From a virus, in the IMG/VR virus record IMGVR_UViG_3300024999_000081, positions 12,123 through 76,122 of that record: a stretch of 64,000 nt of DNA, one strand, 5' to 3'. Below are positions 12,901 through 24,658 of this stretch, one piece after another (positions within the stretch are counted from its first letter, which is position 1; every line of letters starts with the position of its first letter). The position numbers were made by a program, and so were the translations under genes. The notes under the pieces are model-generated. The model worked only from the letters and a program-made list of their open reading frames with translations. It did not search any database and had not been told where the DNA came from.

Positions 12901-13940
12901 AAGAGGATACATAATTGGAAGTGTTTATAAAACACAAAAGAAGCGAAGAAAGTATATGGGGAAGTAGGTGTATGAATAAATTTGAGTATAAATTAACTTT
13001 CAAATCTGATTCAGAGAATATTATTGAGATTTTAGATAATATTTCTGAGACAATTAGAATGGAATTATTAGATAAAATAATTAATCCTATGCCGTTGATT
13101 ACTATGTTAGAAGAAGATTAGAACGTATAATTTTTTTAAAGTAAAAAATAAAGGAGATAATTTTATGAAAAGAGTTAAGGAATTAGAAAGAAAGATGAAC
13201 AGAAAGATTTTTACTGTTCGTGGGTATTTAATAACTACAGATACAAATGATAAATATGTTTTGTGGGCAAAAAATATGGCGAATGCTTGTGAATTAGTTC
13301 CATTGAAGTTATGTAATGGAACAACTAATATTTATGAAATTGAAAATAAATATTGTAAACCTTATGATAAAACTCAAGGAAAACAATATGAGAAATCATT
13401 TTGGTATTATGGAAGAGTATATAAGGTATCATAAATACAAACAAACGACTCATTTATTGGTAAAAGAAAGGATATTAAAATGAAATTAATTGGAACAGAA
13501 AACTTAGAAAGACAATTTACTATTTCAATTTCAGAAAGTGATTTAGGAACATTATTTTTAGCTTTAGGAAAATGTTCAGATATGGATATTAGAGAACACA
13601 GGGATGAATGTTATTCAGGATTAAAATACAATCCAGATGCTCTTGTAGTATACCAAGAAATAAGAAATATATTAGAATCATGAAATTAAGATTTGCTGTG
13701 GAAAGGAGAATAAGTTACGTGTGATGAATTAGACAAACTAAGAAATAAAATAAGCAAACTAATTGTTGACAGAGATAATTTAAAAGATGCCTTAGAATAT
13801 TTATTAGACATGTATATTCAATTGGTTGATAATGCTTGCCAGTGCAAGAATATGTATTTTGATGATCCTACAGAATTATGTCCATATTGTAATGCTAAAG
13901 AAGTATTAAAAGAGATTGAATAAAAAGGAGTGTAAAATTT

Positions 13941-14333
13941 ATGTCAATGTCCATAGGTGTAATTACTGGTTTTGTTGCTCTAGGTGGTTTAGGAATAGGA
14001 TATTATATAATTAACTCCAAAAATACTAAAAGTAAAAAATCAGAAAAAGAAATTATCGTTCCATATACCAAACCAGCACAAGAAAGAATTAAGTTTGCTA
14101 AAGTAAATACAGATATTAAAACTACACCAATTTCCACATCAACTACAAAGCAAACAAAAACACCTTCAAAAACTTCAAATACTATTCGTAATCACAATAC
14201 ATATGATGATTTTTATCCTACATGTCATGATTATGGAAGTAGTTCTCATAGCAGTTCGTATGATTCTCATAGTTCTTGTGACTCTGGTAGTAGTGATTCA
14301 GGAGATTGCGACTGTGGTGGAGGATGTGATTAA
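13941..14333 (+). CDS. Membrane-anchored protein with Ser/Gly/Cys low-complexity tail
   Basis: N-terminal TM; ends SSHSSSYDSHSSCDSGSSDSGDCDCGGGCD. Confidence 0.7.
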   Translation: MSMSIGVITGFVALGGLGIGYYIINSKNTKSKKSEKEIIVPYTKPAQERIKFAKVNTDIKTTPISTSTTKQTKTPSKTSNTIRNHNTYDDFYPTCHDYGSSSHSSSYDSHSSCDSGSSDSGDCDCGGGCD

Positions 14334-14897
14334 TATCCTGCAAAAATTTTATAAAATTAGAAAGGAGAAATAATATCATGAAAATAAGATTTAACAAATA
14401 CGCATTAATTACAAAAGAAAGACCTATGAAGTTTATTGATGGAAACTGTAATACCACAGATAGAATAGAAGAGGCAATGTTAAATGATTCTGAAATAATT
14501 GTGAATGACGTTTTAAAAACATTTGACAATCCAGAAGAGTTTGAAGTATTGCCAGTTAATATTACCTACGAACTGTAGTTTTTAACGGTATTAGAAAGGA
14601 GTTAATTATGGGATACACAACAAAATTTAATATTGGTGACATTGTATGGTTTGTGGAAGAAGAAATGGTATATGAAAACAACTGTCCATGTTGTAATGGA
14701 AGATTGCCTAATTCTAAGGTAATGAAGTTTCATAAAACTACAGTTAAAGAAATATTTATTGGGAATGGATATAATAAACCATACGAACAATATAATTTAA
14801 CATATCCACGCAGTCTTTCTGCGAGCAAACTCTATGCAACTAAAAATGAGGCAGAAGAATCAATCAAAGCTTTAGATTATAAAGGAGAGATATAAAA

Positions 14898-15302
14898 TTG
14901 AAAAATAAAAAGTTAATTGCAGGTCTTTTGTGTATAGGATTATTATAAATCCCTTTAACTGGCTGTGGTCAAACTGAAGCAGATAAAGTATCTTACAATT
15001 TATCATTAGAGGCAGATAATTTCAATGTTGTGCGTCAACTTACAGTAATTAATTGTATTACAAGTGATGTATTGTTTCAAATGACAGGAAGAATATCTAT
15101 TAAAGCTGATAAAGAAGATAACCAACTCGAAGTAACAGTAGAAGACGAAAATGGTAATTATCAAAAACATTTTGTAGGCTTATCAGATAATGTAACATAT
15201 GTTGTTGAGCAATTGAGAAGTAAGAATGTTGATAAGTATAAATATACATTGAACTATAATCCTAAAATGTGGATTCCGATTGGTGTGGATAAGATTGATT
15301 AG
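14898..15302 (+). pseudogene. Phage lipoprotein with a nonsense codon in the signal peptide
   Basis: RBS plus TTG 14898; TAA at 14946-14948 precedes lipobox LTGC; same frame as ORF 15030-15302. Confidence 0.65.
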
Positions 15303-16513
15303 TAAAAGAAAATGTAATTAAGAAAGGAAGAAAATATTAATGACAAGTCAAGAACAAAAAACCATAGATAAATTATATCAATTAATGTCTGATATCCAAA
15401 AAGAGAATAATGAGTTTAGAAAACAAGTAAATGATCTCACCACTAAAATTAATACAAAATTAGAAACCAAACATCTTCCTATTACTTTAGAACAAGACAT
15501 CTTATCTGTAGCACAACAATCAGTACAGAAAGCAATTCAAGAATCTATGACCAAGTACGATAGTCCTTTGATTAAACTTGTTTCTTCTGTGATAAATGAA
15601 CATTCAATAGAGTTGAGAAAAATTATTTCAGATAGTTTTAATGAAGTAATCAAGAAAGAAGATTTTAAGCAATCAATTATAGCAGGATTTTCACATAAAG
15701 TTGCTAGAAGTATTATCAGTAATAATGATGGATTATTTGATAAGGTGAGCAATGAATTAAAACAAGATGCTGTATTTAAGTCCAAGATGGCTTTAGCTGT
15801 AGCAAATGTTGTTAATGAGTGTTTAGAAAGAGGTAGTAAATAAATTGAGTTCATTCAGAAAAGAATTTAATACATATACTTTGGAAGAATTAAAAGATAA
15901 TGATTTTGGTTTTACTCTTAAAGAATCATTCGTCCATGAAGATGAAGTTAAAAGTATGCTTGACTCAATAGAAAATGGCGTAAATATTATCAAAGAAGGA
16001 TTGGAGAGTATTAAAGGATTAAGCGAAATTGATGACATTTATACTATAGTAAAATTATTATCTGATAAATTATATTAATTCTTGATTGAAGGAGGATTTT
16101 ATGAATACGAATAAGTTAATCGTTAAACTTTTAATTCGTTGTCTTAAATTATTAATGGATATCAAAAGCGAACAAACTGGTTCAAATTATTCTTTTGAAA
16201 AAGAAAGTGAAACAATTAGAGAAGCTAGAAAATATATAGGTGATTAAATTAATTGGAAAGGAGAAAATAATTTGATGTAATTGAATTGAAGGGAGGTGAA
16301 TTAATTTTGCGTACATTAGAAATATACTTAAAAAGTGGTCATACAATCAATGTAAAATGTAAAGATTGGTCTTTTCAAACAGACGATGTTACAGGTGAAT
16401 TCACTGGTTATAATTTTACAGACTTAGATAGTCCTTCAACATTAGAAATTGTACCTGCTCAAATTGTTGGTTATATTCAAATATAAATAAATAAAAATAT
16501 AAAGGAGTTAAAA

Positions 16514-17095
16514 ATGAAACAAGTCAAAATATTATGGACATTTTTAATAGTATTCATGTTAGCACTTCAACCTATGATTACATTAGCAAAAAGTTCTTCA
16601 ACATCATCTAGCAGTAAACCTTCTACTTCTACTAGTACTTCAAAAAATTCTAATACAGCACCAAAAAGCTCAATTGATTTAAGTAAAAAACCAACTTCGT
16701 CTGGCACTTCTACTTCATCAACATCGACTAGTGTGAGTAAAAGCGTACCTTCTACAAGTGGTTTAACAAGTACAACGAGTTCAAAATATATTCCACCAAG
16801 CAATACCACTGTAACAAAGAAAACATTTTTAGGTTCTACATATAGCAATGGCAATAGCACATCATTTCATTTTGGAGGAACACCTTATAATTATGGGTAT
16901 CATCCTAGATTTACTCCTAGTTGGTATAGTCCTTATTGGTACAATCCATATTACTACATGCATCCTGCACCTGTAATCGTAACAAGTGGTGACTTTGGAT
17001 TTAGTTTCTTGATTATGTTAATTATCTTAGGAGCAATTGGTTATGGAGTTTATAGATATATTAAGCGAAAAAATACTCTTGATGTTAAAAAATAA
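16514..17095 (+). CDS. Ser/Thr-rich exported protein with C-terminal membrane anchor, first gene of the ter cluster
   Basis: Signal peptide, Ser/Thr tract, Tyr/Pro segment, TM helix and basic tail. Confidence 0.7.
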   Translation: MKQVKILWTFLIVFMLALQPMITLAKSSSTSSSSKPSTSTSTSKNSNTAPKSSIDLSKKPTSSGTSTSSTSTSVSKSVPSTSGLTSTTSSKYIPPSNTTVTKKTFLGSTYSNGNSTSFHFGGTPYNYGYHPRFTPSWYSPYWYNPYYYMHPAPVIVTSGDFGFSFLIMLIILGAIGYGVYRYIKRKNTLDVKK

Positions 17096-17117
17096 AAAAT
17101 GTAAGGGGAGATTAAAA

Positions 17118-17829
17118 TTGATTAATTTAGTTAAAGGCCAAAAAATTGATTTAACCAAAGATAATCCAAATTTGCAACAGGTTAATATGTGTTTGGGTTG
17201 GGACTCAATTAAAGAAGGTAAAAAGAAAACCAAAATTAAGAAAAAGGGATTCTTCAATACTTTAGGAGAAGTATTTCAAGGTAAAGCATCGTTAAGACAG
17301 GTGGTAGATAGTATAACTTCGTCTGCATCTAATGCAGTAGATGATATTATTGAATCACAACATCAATCTAATATTGACATTGATGCTTCAGCAATAGTTT
17401 TGCATAATGATAAATATATTAATGGTTCAAATGATTTAGTTTACTATGGTAATACACGCCATTATAGCGGATCAATAAATCATTCGGGAGATAATTTAAC
17501 TGGTGAAGGAGATGGAGATGACGAAATAATCAATGTTAACTTTAGCCAAAATTCCTTCAAATGTAAACAAAGTAGTATTTGTAGTAAATATTTATGGTTG
17601 TCAAAGTAGGAAACAGCATTTTGGTATGATTTCAAATGCTTATATTAGAGTAGTTAATCCGTTAATTAATCAAGAACTTTGTAAGTTTGATTTAACCGAC
17701 GACTATTCAAAACATACTGCTATTTATGTAGCTGAACTTTATCGACATAATGGCGAGTGGAAATTTACTGCTATTGGGGTTGGATCAAAAGATACATCAG
17801 TAAAGGATATGACACGTAAATATAGATAA
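17118..17829 (+). pseudogene. terD: TerD-family protein split by a 1-nt frameshift near 17541
   Basis: INLVKGQKIDLTK, DIDASA, HSGDNLTGEGDGDDE in the first frame; FVVNIY...HFGMISNAYIR...ELYRHNGEWKFTAIG in the next. Confidence 0.8.
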
Positions 17830-17869
17830 GTAATATATAAATTTAATAATTAAAGGAGAGATATTTAAT

Positions 17870-18448
17870 ATGATTAATTTACAAAAAGGGCAAAAAATTG
17901 ATTTGACAAAGGGGAACCCAAGTTTAAAAAAGGTTGTTGTAGCTTTAGGTTGGAGTCCTCAAACAAAAGTTGGAGAACAATTTGATTTAGATGCTTCTGT
18001 ATTCATGGGAAATTCTAATGGTAAATGCATGAAAGATGAAGATTTTATTTTCTACAATAATCTTAAACATTCTTCTGAGGCAGTTATTCATTCTGGGGAT
18101 GATCATACAGGAGATGGAGAAGGTGATGATGAAGTCATTACTGTTGATTTTTCTAAAATGCCAATCAATATTGAAGAATTAGATTTTATTGTAACAATTC
18201 ATGATGCACATAATCGAAGAAACCAAAATTTTGGTCAAGTAAACGATGCTTATGTTAGGGTTTTAGATCCTGAACAAAATAATATTCAATTATTAAAATT
18301 TGATTTAGGTGAAGATTTTTCCGTTGAAACAGCAGTATCAGTTTGTAAAATTTATCGTAAAGATGGAGAATGGAAGTTCTCTGCCGAAGGTGTTGGGTAT
18401 GCTCATGGGTTAGATGGATTTGTTAGAGATCATGGATTAATGGCATAG
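17870..18448 (+). CDS. terD: TerD-family stress protein
   Basis: MINLQKGQKIDLTK, FDLDAS, HSGDDHTGDGEGDDE, QNFGQV, YRKDGEWKF. Confidence 0.92.
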   Translation: MINLQKGQKIDLTKGNPSLKKVVVALGWSPQTKVGEQFDLDASVFMGNSNGKCMKDEDFIFYNNLKHSSEAVIHSGDDHTGDGEGDDEVITVDFSKMPINIEELDFIVTIHDAHNRRNQNFGQVNDAYVRVLDPEQNNIQLLKFDLGEDFSVETAVSVCKIYRKDGEWKFSAEGVGYAHGLDGFVRDHGLMA

Positions 18449-18470
18449 AGAAAGGAAGTAATAAATAATA

Positions 18471-19217
18471 ATGAATGAATTTATAAACAATATTCTTATC
18501 AATCTACATCACTTCAATCTTGCGGAACTAAAAATGGTATTTCAAAGTCCTCAAGATATACTCCTGATACTTTCTCTAGTTGTTATGGAAGTTATCTTAT
18601 CTGTTGATAATGCTCTTGTGTTGGCGATTATGGTGAAAAATCTTCCAAAGAAGCAACAAAAATTGGCGTTAACGTTGGGTATTGCTGGTGCTTATACATT
18701 TAGATTGATAGCAATTGTTCTTGGGGTATATTTAGTTAAGATTGCTTGGATTAAGTTGGTTGCTTCATTGTATCTTGCTTACATAGTGTTTAATTTCTTC
18801 AAAAATAAAGATGAAAATCACGATGAAGTCAATGATGCTTTGCAAAAAGGGTTGCTTGCAACAATCGTATCAGTAGAACTAGCCGATATTGCTTTTAGTA
18901 TTGATTCAGTAGTTGCAGCATTCGGAGTATCAGATATACCTTGGGTAATTCTAATTGGTGGAATGGTTGGTATTTTATGCATGAGGGAAGTTGCTCAAGT
19001 ATTTGTGAAATTAATCGAGCGTGTTCCAGAGTTAAATTATACTGCTCATATTTTAATTGGGATTGTTTCACTAAAAATGTTTGTTGGTGTATTTGGTATC
19101 GAAGCCCCTGATTGGTTATTTTTAAGCACGCTATTTACTACTTTTATTGGTACATTCGTAGTTCATAGATTTAGAAAGTCATCGAATGGGAGTGGGACTA
19201 ATGAAAAATACGTTTAA
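18471..19217 (+). CDS. terC: TerC-family integral membrane protein
   Basis: EVILSVDNALVLA and ADIAFSIDSV motifs; multiple TM helices. Confidence 0.92.
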   Translation: MNEFINNILINLHHFNLAELKMVFQSPQDILLILSLVVMEVILSVDNALVLAIMVKNLPKKQQKLALTLGIAGAYTFRLIAIVLGVYLVKIAWIKLVASLYLAYIVFNFFKNKDENHDEVNDALQKGLLATIVSVELADIAFSIDSVVAAFGVSDIPWVILIGGMVGILCMREVAQVFVKLIERVPELNYTAHILIGIVSLKMFVGVFGIEAPDWLFLSTLFTTFIGTFVVHRFRKSSNGSGTNEKYV

Positions 19218-19416
19218 TGCATTAAAGAAAATATTTCTAATCATGCTAGGTGTGATGTTAACATTTTTAGCAATAAAATTAGCATTTTTCTTAGTGCCAA
19301 TATTTATTAAAGCAACAATTGCGTTAGTAGTTATTCTTTGTATAGGTGGAGTTTTAGGTGTAGGTTATTTGATAAATAGATTAAGAATGGTTATGTTTAG
19401 GCGAGAGAGGGATTAA
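19201..19416 (+). CDS. Small two-TM membrane protein
   Basis: Hydrophobic ORF overlapping the terC stop. Confidence 0.6.
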   Translation: MKNTFNALKKIFLIMLGVMLTFLAIKLAFFLVPIFIKATIALVVILCIGGVLGVGYLINRLRMVMFRRERD

Positions 19417-19479
19417 CTTTCCTCTCCAATCCCAACAAAATATCCGTTTGGTAGGAAATAAGAAAGGAAGAAAAATGTA

Positions 19480-21813
19480 GTGAACGAAAAAGAAATGATT
19501 GAGAAAATTAAAGAACTTGTTAATAGAAGATATAATGCTGTTAAATGTGGTTGGACAGAACAAAGATCAGAAGGAAATTCTACAGATGTATTTCAAGATG
19601 GATATGATTGTGGAGAGTCTTCTGTTTTATATGAAATTGGAATTGTCCTTGACATGAAGTTGAAAGATCCAGAGGAACAAGAGTATGATTATTAATAACT
19701 CGATTATTGAATTTGCTAATGGAAGTAAAATTACTCCTCTAGAATCAACCACAAATAGTAGAGGATATAGAAAGGGTGTGTATTTTATGAGAGAGTCAAT
19801 ATCATTAGAGGATGGGAAATATGAGGTTATCTTTGATCAAAACGATAGAGTAAGTGAATTTTACGCTCTAAGATATGGTGAAGAGTGGAGAAGTCTTACA
19901 GGAGATAATATGGTTTTGTGTATGTTTCAGAGAATTAAAGAATTAGAAAATAAATTATTAGTTCATGGGATATCTTAAAATGTTAGTTTGATAGAAGTAT
20001 TTAAAATTAATTTAAAATAAAAGGGGATAAATACAAATGAATAATATTAATGATACAGTAAAGATATTGCTAAATATCAACAATAATGATAAAGATGAAA
20101 TAATTAATTACCATTCAAAATCAATAAAGCAATCAATATTAAATACATGCAATTTATCTGTTTTTCCTAATGAATTAGAATATATAGTAATTGAAATAGT
20201 TAAAGAAAAATTATCCTCTAAAAACCCAAAGAGTACATTTGAATATTTAAAAGAATATAAAAATGAATTAGATAATTTTAATTATGTTCAAATAATTTAA
20301 ATTATAATATAAATAGATGGCAAACACAAGAGTAACATTGATGCTCAATGAAGATAGGGTTAGATATTAGGATTTAGAAAATAATTTAAGAATAGAAAGG
20401 AGCAATATTAATGTTAATTCATTGTAGAAACTCGCTTTGCAAATATTATTGGGAAGACTCATGTACTATTATTTTAGAGAATAAACTTGTAGGACTTGAT
20501 GAGAACGGTAAATGCGAAGAGCAAAGAGAAGGAATTAGCGATTGGTATAAAGAAGGATAATTTTATTAAATATAAAAATAAAATTATTTGACATTGGTAT
20601 GATAATGGAGTATAATTATTATGAGTCCAGAAATTAGAGAAAGGAGAGTAAATTATGAGAATATCAAATTTAACAAACATCTTCAAATCTATGCAAACCA
20701 AATTCCCAGTGGAAGAATGCATAGAAAAAGACAAGAAAGAAGAAGCAATGTATAATTCAAAAAATAAATATATCTGCATGATTATAGACAAAAGATTTAA
20801 AGATAATATAGAATTAAAAATTATGACTCCTTACATATGGGTAGGAAACGAATCAAGATATTCAGGACATGAAGATTTTAAAGATTTTGTTGGTTATGGA
20901 TGGATTGATGAAAATGGTCATTATATTGATAACTTTGAAAATCCAATACATGTTGTTGATAATGAAATTGTAATAGGATTTGTGCCATATGAAGATAAAA
21001 ATAGCGACGATCTAAAATTATGGGAAATATATGAGTTATTTTTAGAATATGTTGATTTACTTTAGAACATTTGACTTATTAAAGGAGGTGATTATATAAA
21101 ATGCGAAAAGTAAGATTCCTTAAAGATTATAAATCATTCAAGAAAGACACATATAGAGTTATTATGGAAGAAACTGCGTTGCATTGTCGTATCCAAGTTA
21201 ATTTAGATAGTGATGAGTTATATTGGTTACATAAAGCAGATTGTGGTGTTTTGTTTCAAGTGGTAGAGAGGAGTTAAAATGCTTAATGTTTTAGAACTCA
21301 AACGATTATTATCTGACATCCCAGACAATGCAGTTATTTATATAGAAGCAGATCATGGACAACAATCAGAGCAAGCTGGAGATATATTAATATCAGATGA
21401 TGAATTTGAAGATGGTGAAATACCTCATTATGGTGAAGATATTGGTTGGAAAGATATTTCTGAGTGCGATATAAGTTTAATTACTGCTGTATTGATTAGT
21501 TATTAAAGTCGAAAATAATTAAAAGAAAGTAGGAATAATAATGAAAATGTTTAAAAAGAGTGTAGTAACCCCTTCCATGATGATTGACAATGCAGTAGGT
21601 ATTGTAGATAGTGCAGTAACCGCATTCAAAATTGCGGTTGCTAAAATAGATCAAGCCAATGAGATGTTAACTCAATCTAAAGAACAAAGCCAAGCAAAGA
21701 TCGAAGCATTAGAACAAGAATTATTAAATCATAAACAAGTTAAAGAGGATGCTGAAGCAAAAATTAATTCACATTTAGAGTTAAGGGATAAATTAAGTCA
21801 ATTTGTGATGTAA
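19480..21813 (+). other. Small accessory ORFs (19480-19695, 19685-19978, 20037-20300, 20655-21065, 21279-21506, coiled-coil 21541-21813)
   Basis: RBS-led ORFs; promoter TTGACA-17-TATAAT at 20588-20616. Confidence 0.65.
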
Positions 21814-22032
21814 AAATAACTACCTCAAGAAATTTTGATTTTATGGGGTTATTCCCAAAATGACAAAATATACAGGTTTTAAGTAAAAATCACTAAAATA
21901 GCCCTGTAACCGTTGCTACATAAGGGTTTATGGTCATTAAATAGGCATAAATAATTATGTTATATATGGCATCCTTTGAAAGTGGAATTTTATCTGGTTT
22001 ATGTTTTTGTTAGAAGTAATAAATAATATTTG

Positions 22033-22061
22033 TTGACATGGTTTTGGTTGTATGGTATAAT
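22033..22061 (+). promoter_or_regulatory. Consensus sigma-A promoter of the replication operon
   Basis: TTGACA-17-TATAAT with extended -10 TG. Confidence 0.8.
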
Positions 22062-22232
22062 TATTAAGTAGGTTAAAAATAAATAATATTTTAGAGAAAG
22101 GACTGATTGGTTGAAGAATAAAGGTAATTGTTGGAAACCTGTCAAGAGAAGCAAACCGCCTCCTTCTTTCAATATATTTTAATAGATCATGTGAATAATA
22201 AAATAAAAATATTGAAAGAAGGAATACATATA

Positions 22233-23480
22233 ATGGCAAAAGTTAAAGATGAACAATTAGGTCTAAAAAAAGGTAAAGCACAATTCCTACTCATCGGTGA
22301 AGCAAAAGTAAATGATTATACTTTCACAATGGATAAAGATACTACAAAATCAGATTGGGTTTGGAATCAAATGAATCTTGGTGTAGATTGTGGAAATGGA
22401 AATGTTATCTATTCAGATATGATGGGTGGTTACGGATCAGAAAGAGATAATGTAGTATATGTTCATGGTATAAAAGAAGTAGATGGTAAAAAACAAGAAG
22501 ACTTTGATAATAAATTTACCATTGATTGGGACGATAGATTTGACGAAACAATTCTTGAATCTGTGGCAGACTCTTGTTTCATCAAAGTTGGTTTAGAAAA
22601 AGATACAAAAGATAAGACGTTCAAAAATAAATTTTTATCTGCCTATGATGCAATTCAATACATACAACAACATCTTGAAAATGGAATGGTAGTAAATGTT
22701 AAAGGAAAATTAAAATATCAAGCTTATAATGATAGTGTATCTATTAAGAAAGAAGTAAATTCTGTATTCTTATCAAAAGCAAAACCAGAAGAATATAAAG
22801 CAGTATTTACACAAACATTGCTTTGTGACGCAAATGCAGTTGGTAAATTAGATAGAGAAAAGGCATCATTTCCAATTACAGGATATGTAGTTGATTATGT
22901 CGGTAAATACGATGGTAAAGAAATTAAGAAAACAGTTGCATTTACAAAGACATTTGAACTAGAAGTTGATAAGGCAAAACCAGAAAATACAAAGAAACTT
23001 ATTGCTAAATGTTTTGCTCCTGCTAAAAAAGGCACTCTTGTTGAAGTAACAGTAGAAGGAGAAATGCTTGAAGGGGCAAGTGTAGTAAGCATTACACTAG
23101 ATGATCTTCCAGAGGATATTCGAGAACTTATTGAACTTAATGTTATCACAGAGGAAGAGGCTCTTAGTAAATGTGCAATTGGTGGTAATAAAGAAAAAAG
23201 AATGCTTATTAAAAGACCTTTAATTACATTTGAAGGTGAAGGAGAAACAAAAGTTCCAATTTTGGCAATCAATAAAGATAAATATAAAGAAAGTGATTTA
23301 GTTTTCCTTTCTCAATTTATTGAAGTTGAAGAAGAGAAGGAGGAAGAAACAGAAGATTTAGAAGAAAGTGTTACTGAGTTTGAAAAAGCATTAGATAAGA
23401 AAAAAGAAGATGATGATACTGAGGATGACGAAGAAATAGCAGTTGATGATGAAGCATGGATGAAATTGTTAGATGTATAA
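22233..23480 (+). CDS. Putative phage ssDNA-binding protein (SPbeta YorF-like position)
   Basis: Beta-rich body, very acidic C-terminal tail, first gene of the replication operon; likely start MAKVK. Confidence 0.55.
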   Translation: MAKVKDEQLGLKKGKAQFLLIGEAKVNDYTFTMDKDTTKSDWVWNQMNLGVDCGNGNVIYSDMMGGYGSERDNVVYVHGIKEVDGKKQEDFDNKFTIDWDDRFDETILESVADSCFIKVGLEKDTKDKTFKNKFLSAYDAIQYIQQHLENGMVVNVKGKLKYQAYNDSVSIKKEVNSVFLSKAKPEEYKAVFTQTLLCDANAVGKLDREKASFPITGYVVDYVGKYDGKEIKKTVAFTKTFELEVDKAKPENTKKLIAKCFAPAKKGTLVEVTVEGEMLEGASVVSITLDDLPEDIRELIELNVITEEEALSKCAIGGNKEKRMLIKRPLITFEGEGETKVPILAINKDKYKESDLVFLSQFIEVEEEKEEETEDLEESVTEFEKALDKKKEDDDTEDDEEIAVDDEAWMKLLDV

Positions 23481-23513
23481 TTAATAATTGTATATTAATA
23501 TTTTCACAGGATA

Positions 23514-23540
23514 AATCAGGAGGTTAAATTCCTCCTGATA
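23514..23540 (+). terminator. Stem-loop
   Basis: ATCAGGAGG-ttaaatt-CCTCCTGAT. Confidence 0.5.
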
Positions 23541-23591
23541 ATCACAATAATCATTTAAATAATAAAATAAATAATAAAGGGGATTAAATAA

Positions 23592-24572
23592 ATGGGATTT
23601 CAGAAAAAAGAAGAAGTATTAGCGTATGTAGGTGGTAAAGTATTAGCATTTGGGGCAACTGGGTCAGGAAAATCAACGTTTGCAGGTACATTTCCTAATA
23701 TTAATTTAGTAGATAGTGAAGATGGTAATACATATTATCTTGAAAGTAATCCTAATATTATTGGAGTTATGCGTACAACATCTGCATCTGAGGTTCAAGA
23801 AACATTAGATGAATTAAATGATGAGGAAGCATTAAAAGATTTTGATACTATTGCAATTGATAGTGGAACAAAATTATATGAAAATATGCAAGCAGCGGCG
23901 TATGAAGTTGTTGAAAAAAGATCAAGAAAACAAATGAGAAAAGGTAAAGAAGTAGATATGGGAGACCTGGGTTTGGCTACAAGAGATTGGGGTCATATTA
24001 AAAGATGGAATCAAGCTCTAAAAACAGCATATATTATATTTTCATCCCTCGGCAAGTGGGTAGTTGAAATTGCTCATCAAAAAGATATTTTCGATGATCC
24101 ATCTTCTCTTAATAAAAAGAAAATTGGAGAAGCACCGGATTTAGCTAAGAAGGCAGAACATGATTTTGATATTGTACTTCAAATGTTTACTAAAGAAGAT
24201 AAAGATGGTAATGTAACTTACTTTGGTAAAATTTATAAAGATAGAACTGGAGTAACCAAAAAAGGAGAGATCATTGAAAATCCTTCTTTTGAAATTTGGA
24301 GAGCAAAATGGGAAAGCACAAAGAAATTTGGAGTTAAAAAAGCATTAGACTTATCAGTAGGGGTAAGTAAAGACACTGAATTTATGGAAGCAGAAGATGA
24401 ACAAGCAGAAGATGTTGCTAACCAAATTAAAGCATTACTAAAAACTAGTTCTGAAGAAAATCAAAAGAAGATTGGAAAGAAAATTAGAGACTTAGAAATC
24501 AATATCAAAGATTTAGTTAATAATGATATTGAAAAATTGAATCAAGTGTTAGAATTCGCCGAAATGCTGTAA
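23592..24572 (+). CDS. AAA_24/Sak4-like ATPase (YorG-like recombination protein)
   Basis: Walker A GATGSGKST, IAIDS, DWGHIK, IAHQK, KDRTG. Confidence 0.8.
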   Translation: MGFQKKEEVLAYVGGKVLAFGATGSGKSTFAGTFPNINLVDSEDGNTYYLESNPNIIGVMRTTSASEVQETLDELNDEEALKDFDTIAIDSGTKLYENMQAAAYEVVEKRSRKQMRKGKEVDMGDLGLATRDWGHIKRWNQALKTAYIIFSSLGKWVVEIAHQKDIFDDPSSLNKKKIGEAPDLAKKAEHDFDIVLQMFTKEDKDGNVTYFGKIYKDRTGVTKKGEIIENPSFEIWRAKWESTKKFGVKKALDLSVGVSKDTEFMEAEDEQAEDVANQIKALLKTSSEENQKKIGKKIRDLEINIKDLVNNDIEKLNQVLEFAEML

Positions 24573-24658
24573 AGATACACATATCTGATGAATTAATAGG
24601 GATTATTGAACCAACCAATAATCCCTATTAATATCAAATTAATATTTGAGGTGATCAA

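Larger units (their letters stand above)
9985..16486 (+). other. Array of about 20 small phage accessory ORFs (e.g. 10237-10533, 10555-10830, Zn-ribbon 11119-11730, 11777-12157, 12462-12779, 13165-13434, 14378-14578, 14608-14895, 15340-15843, 15845-16078)
   Basis: Tightly packed, co-oriented, each with RBS; no recognisable enzymes. Confidence 0.65.
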
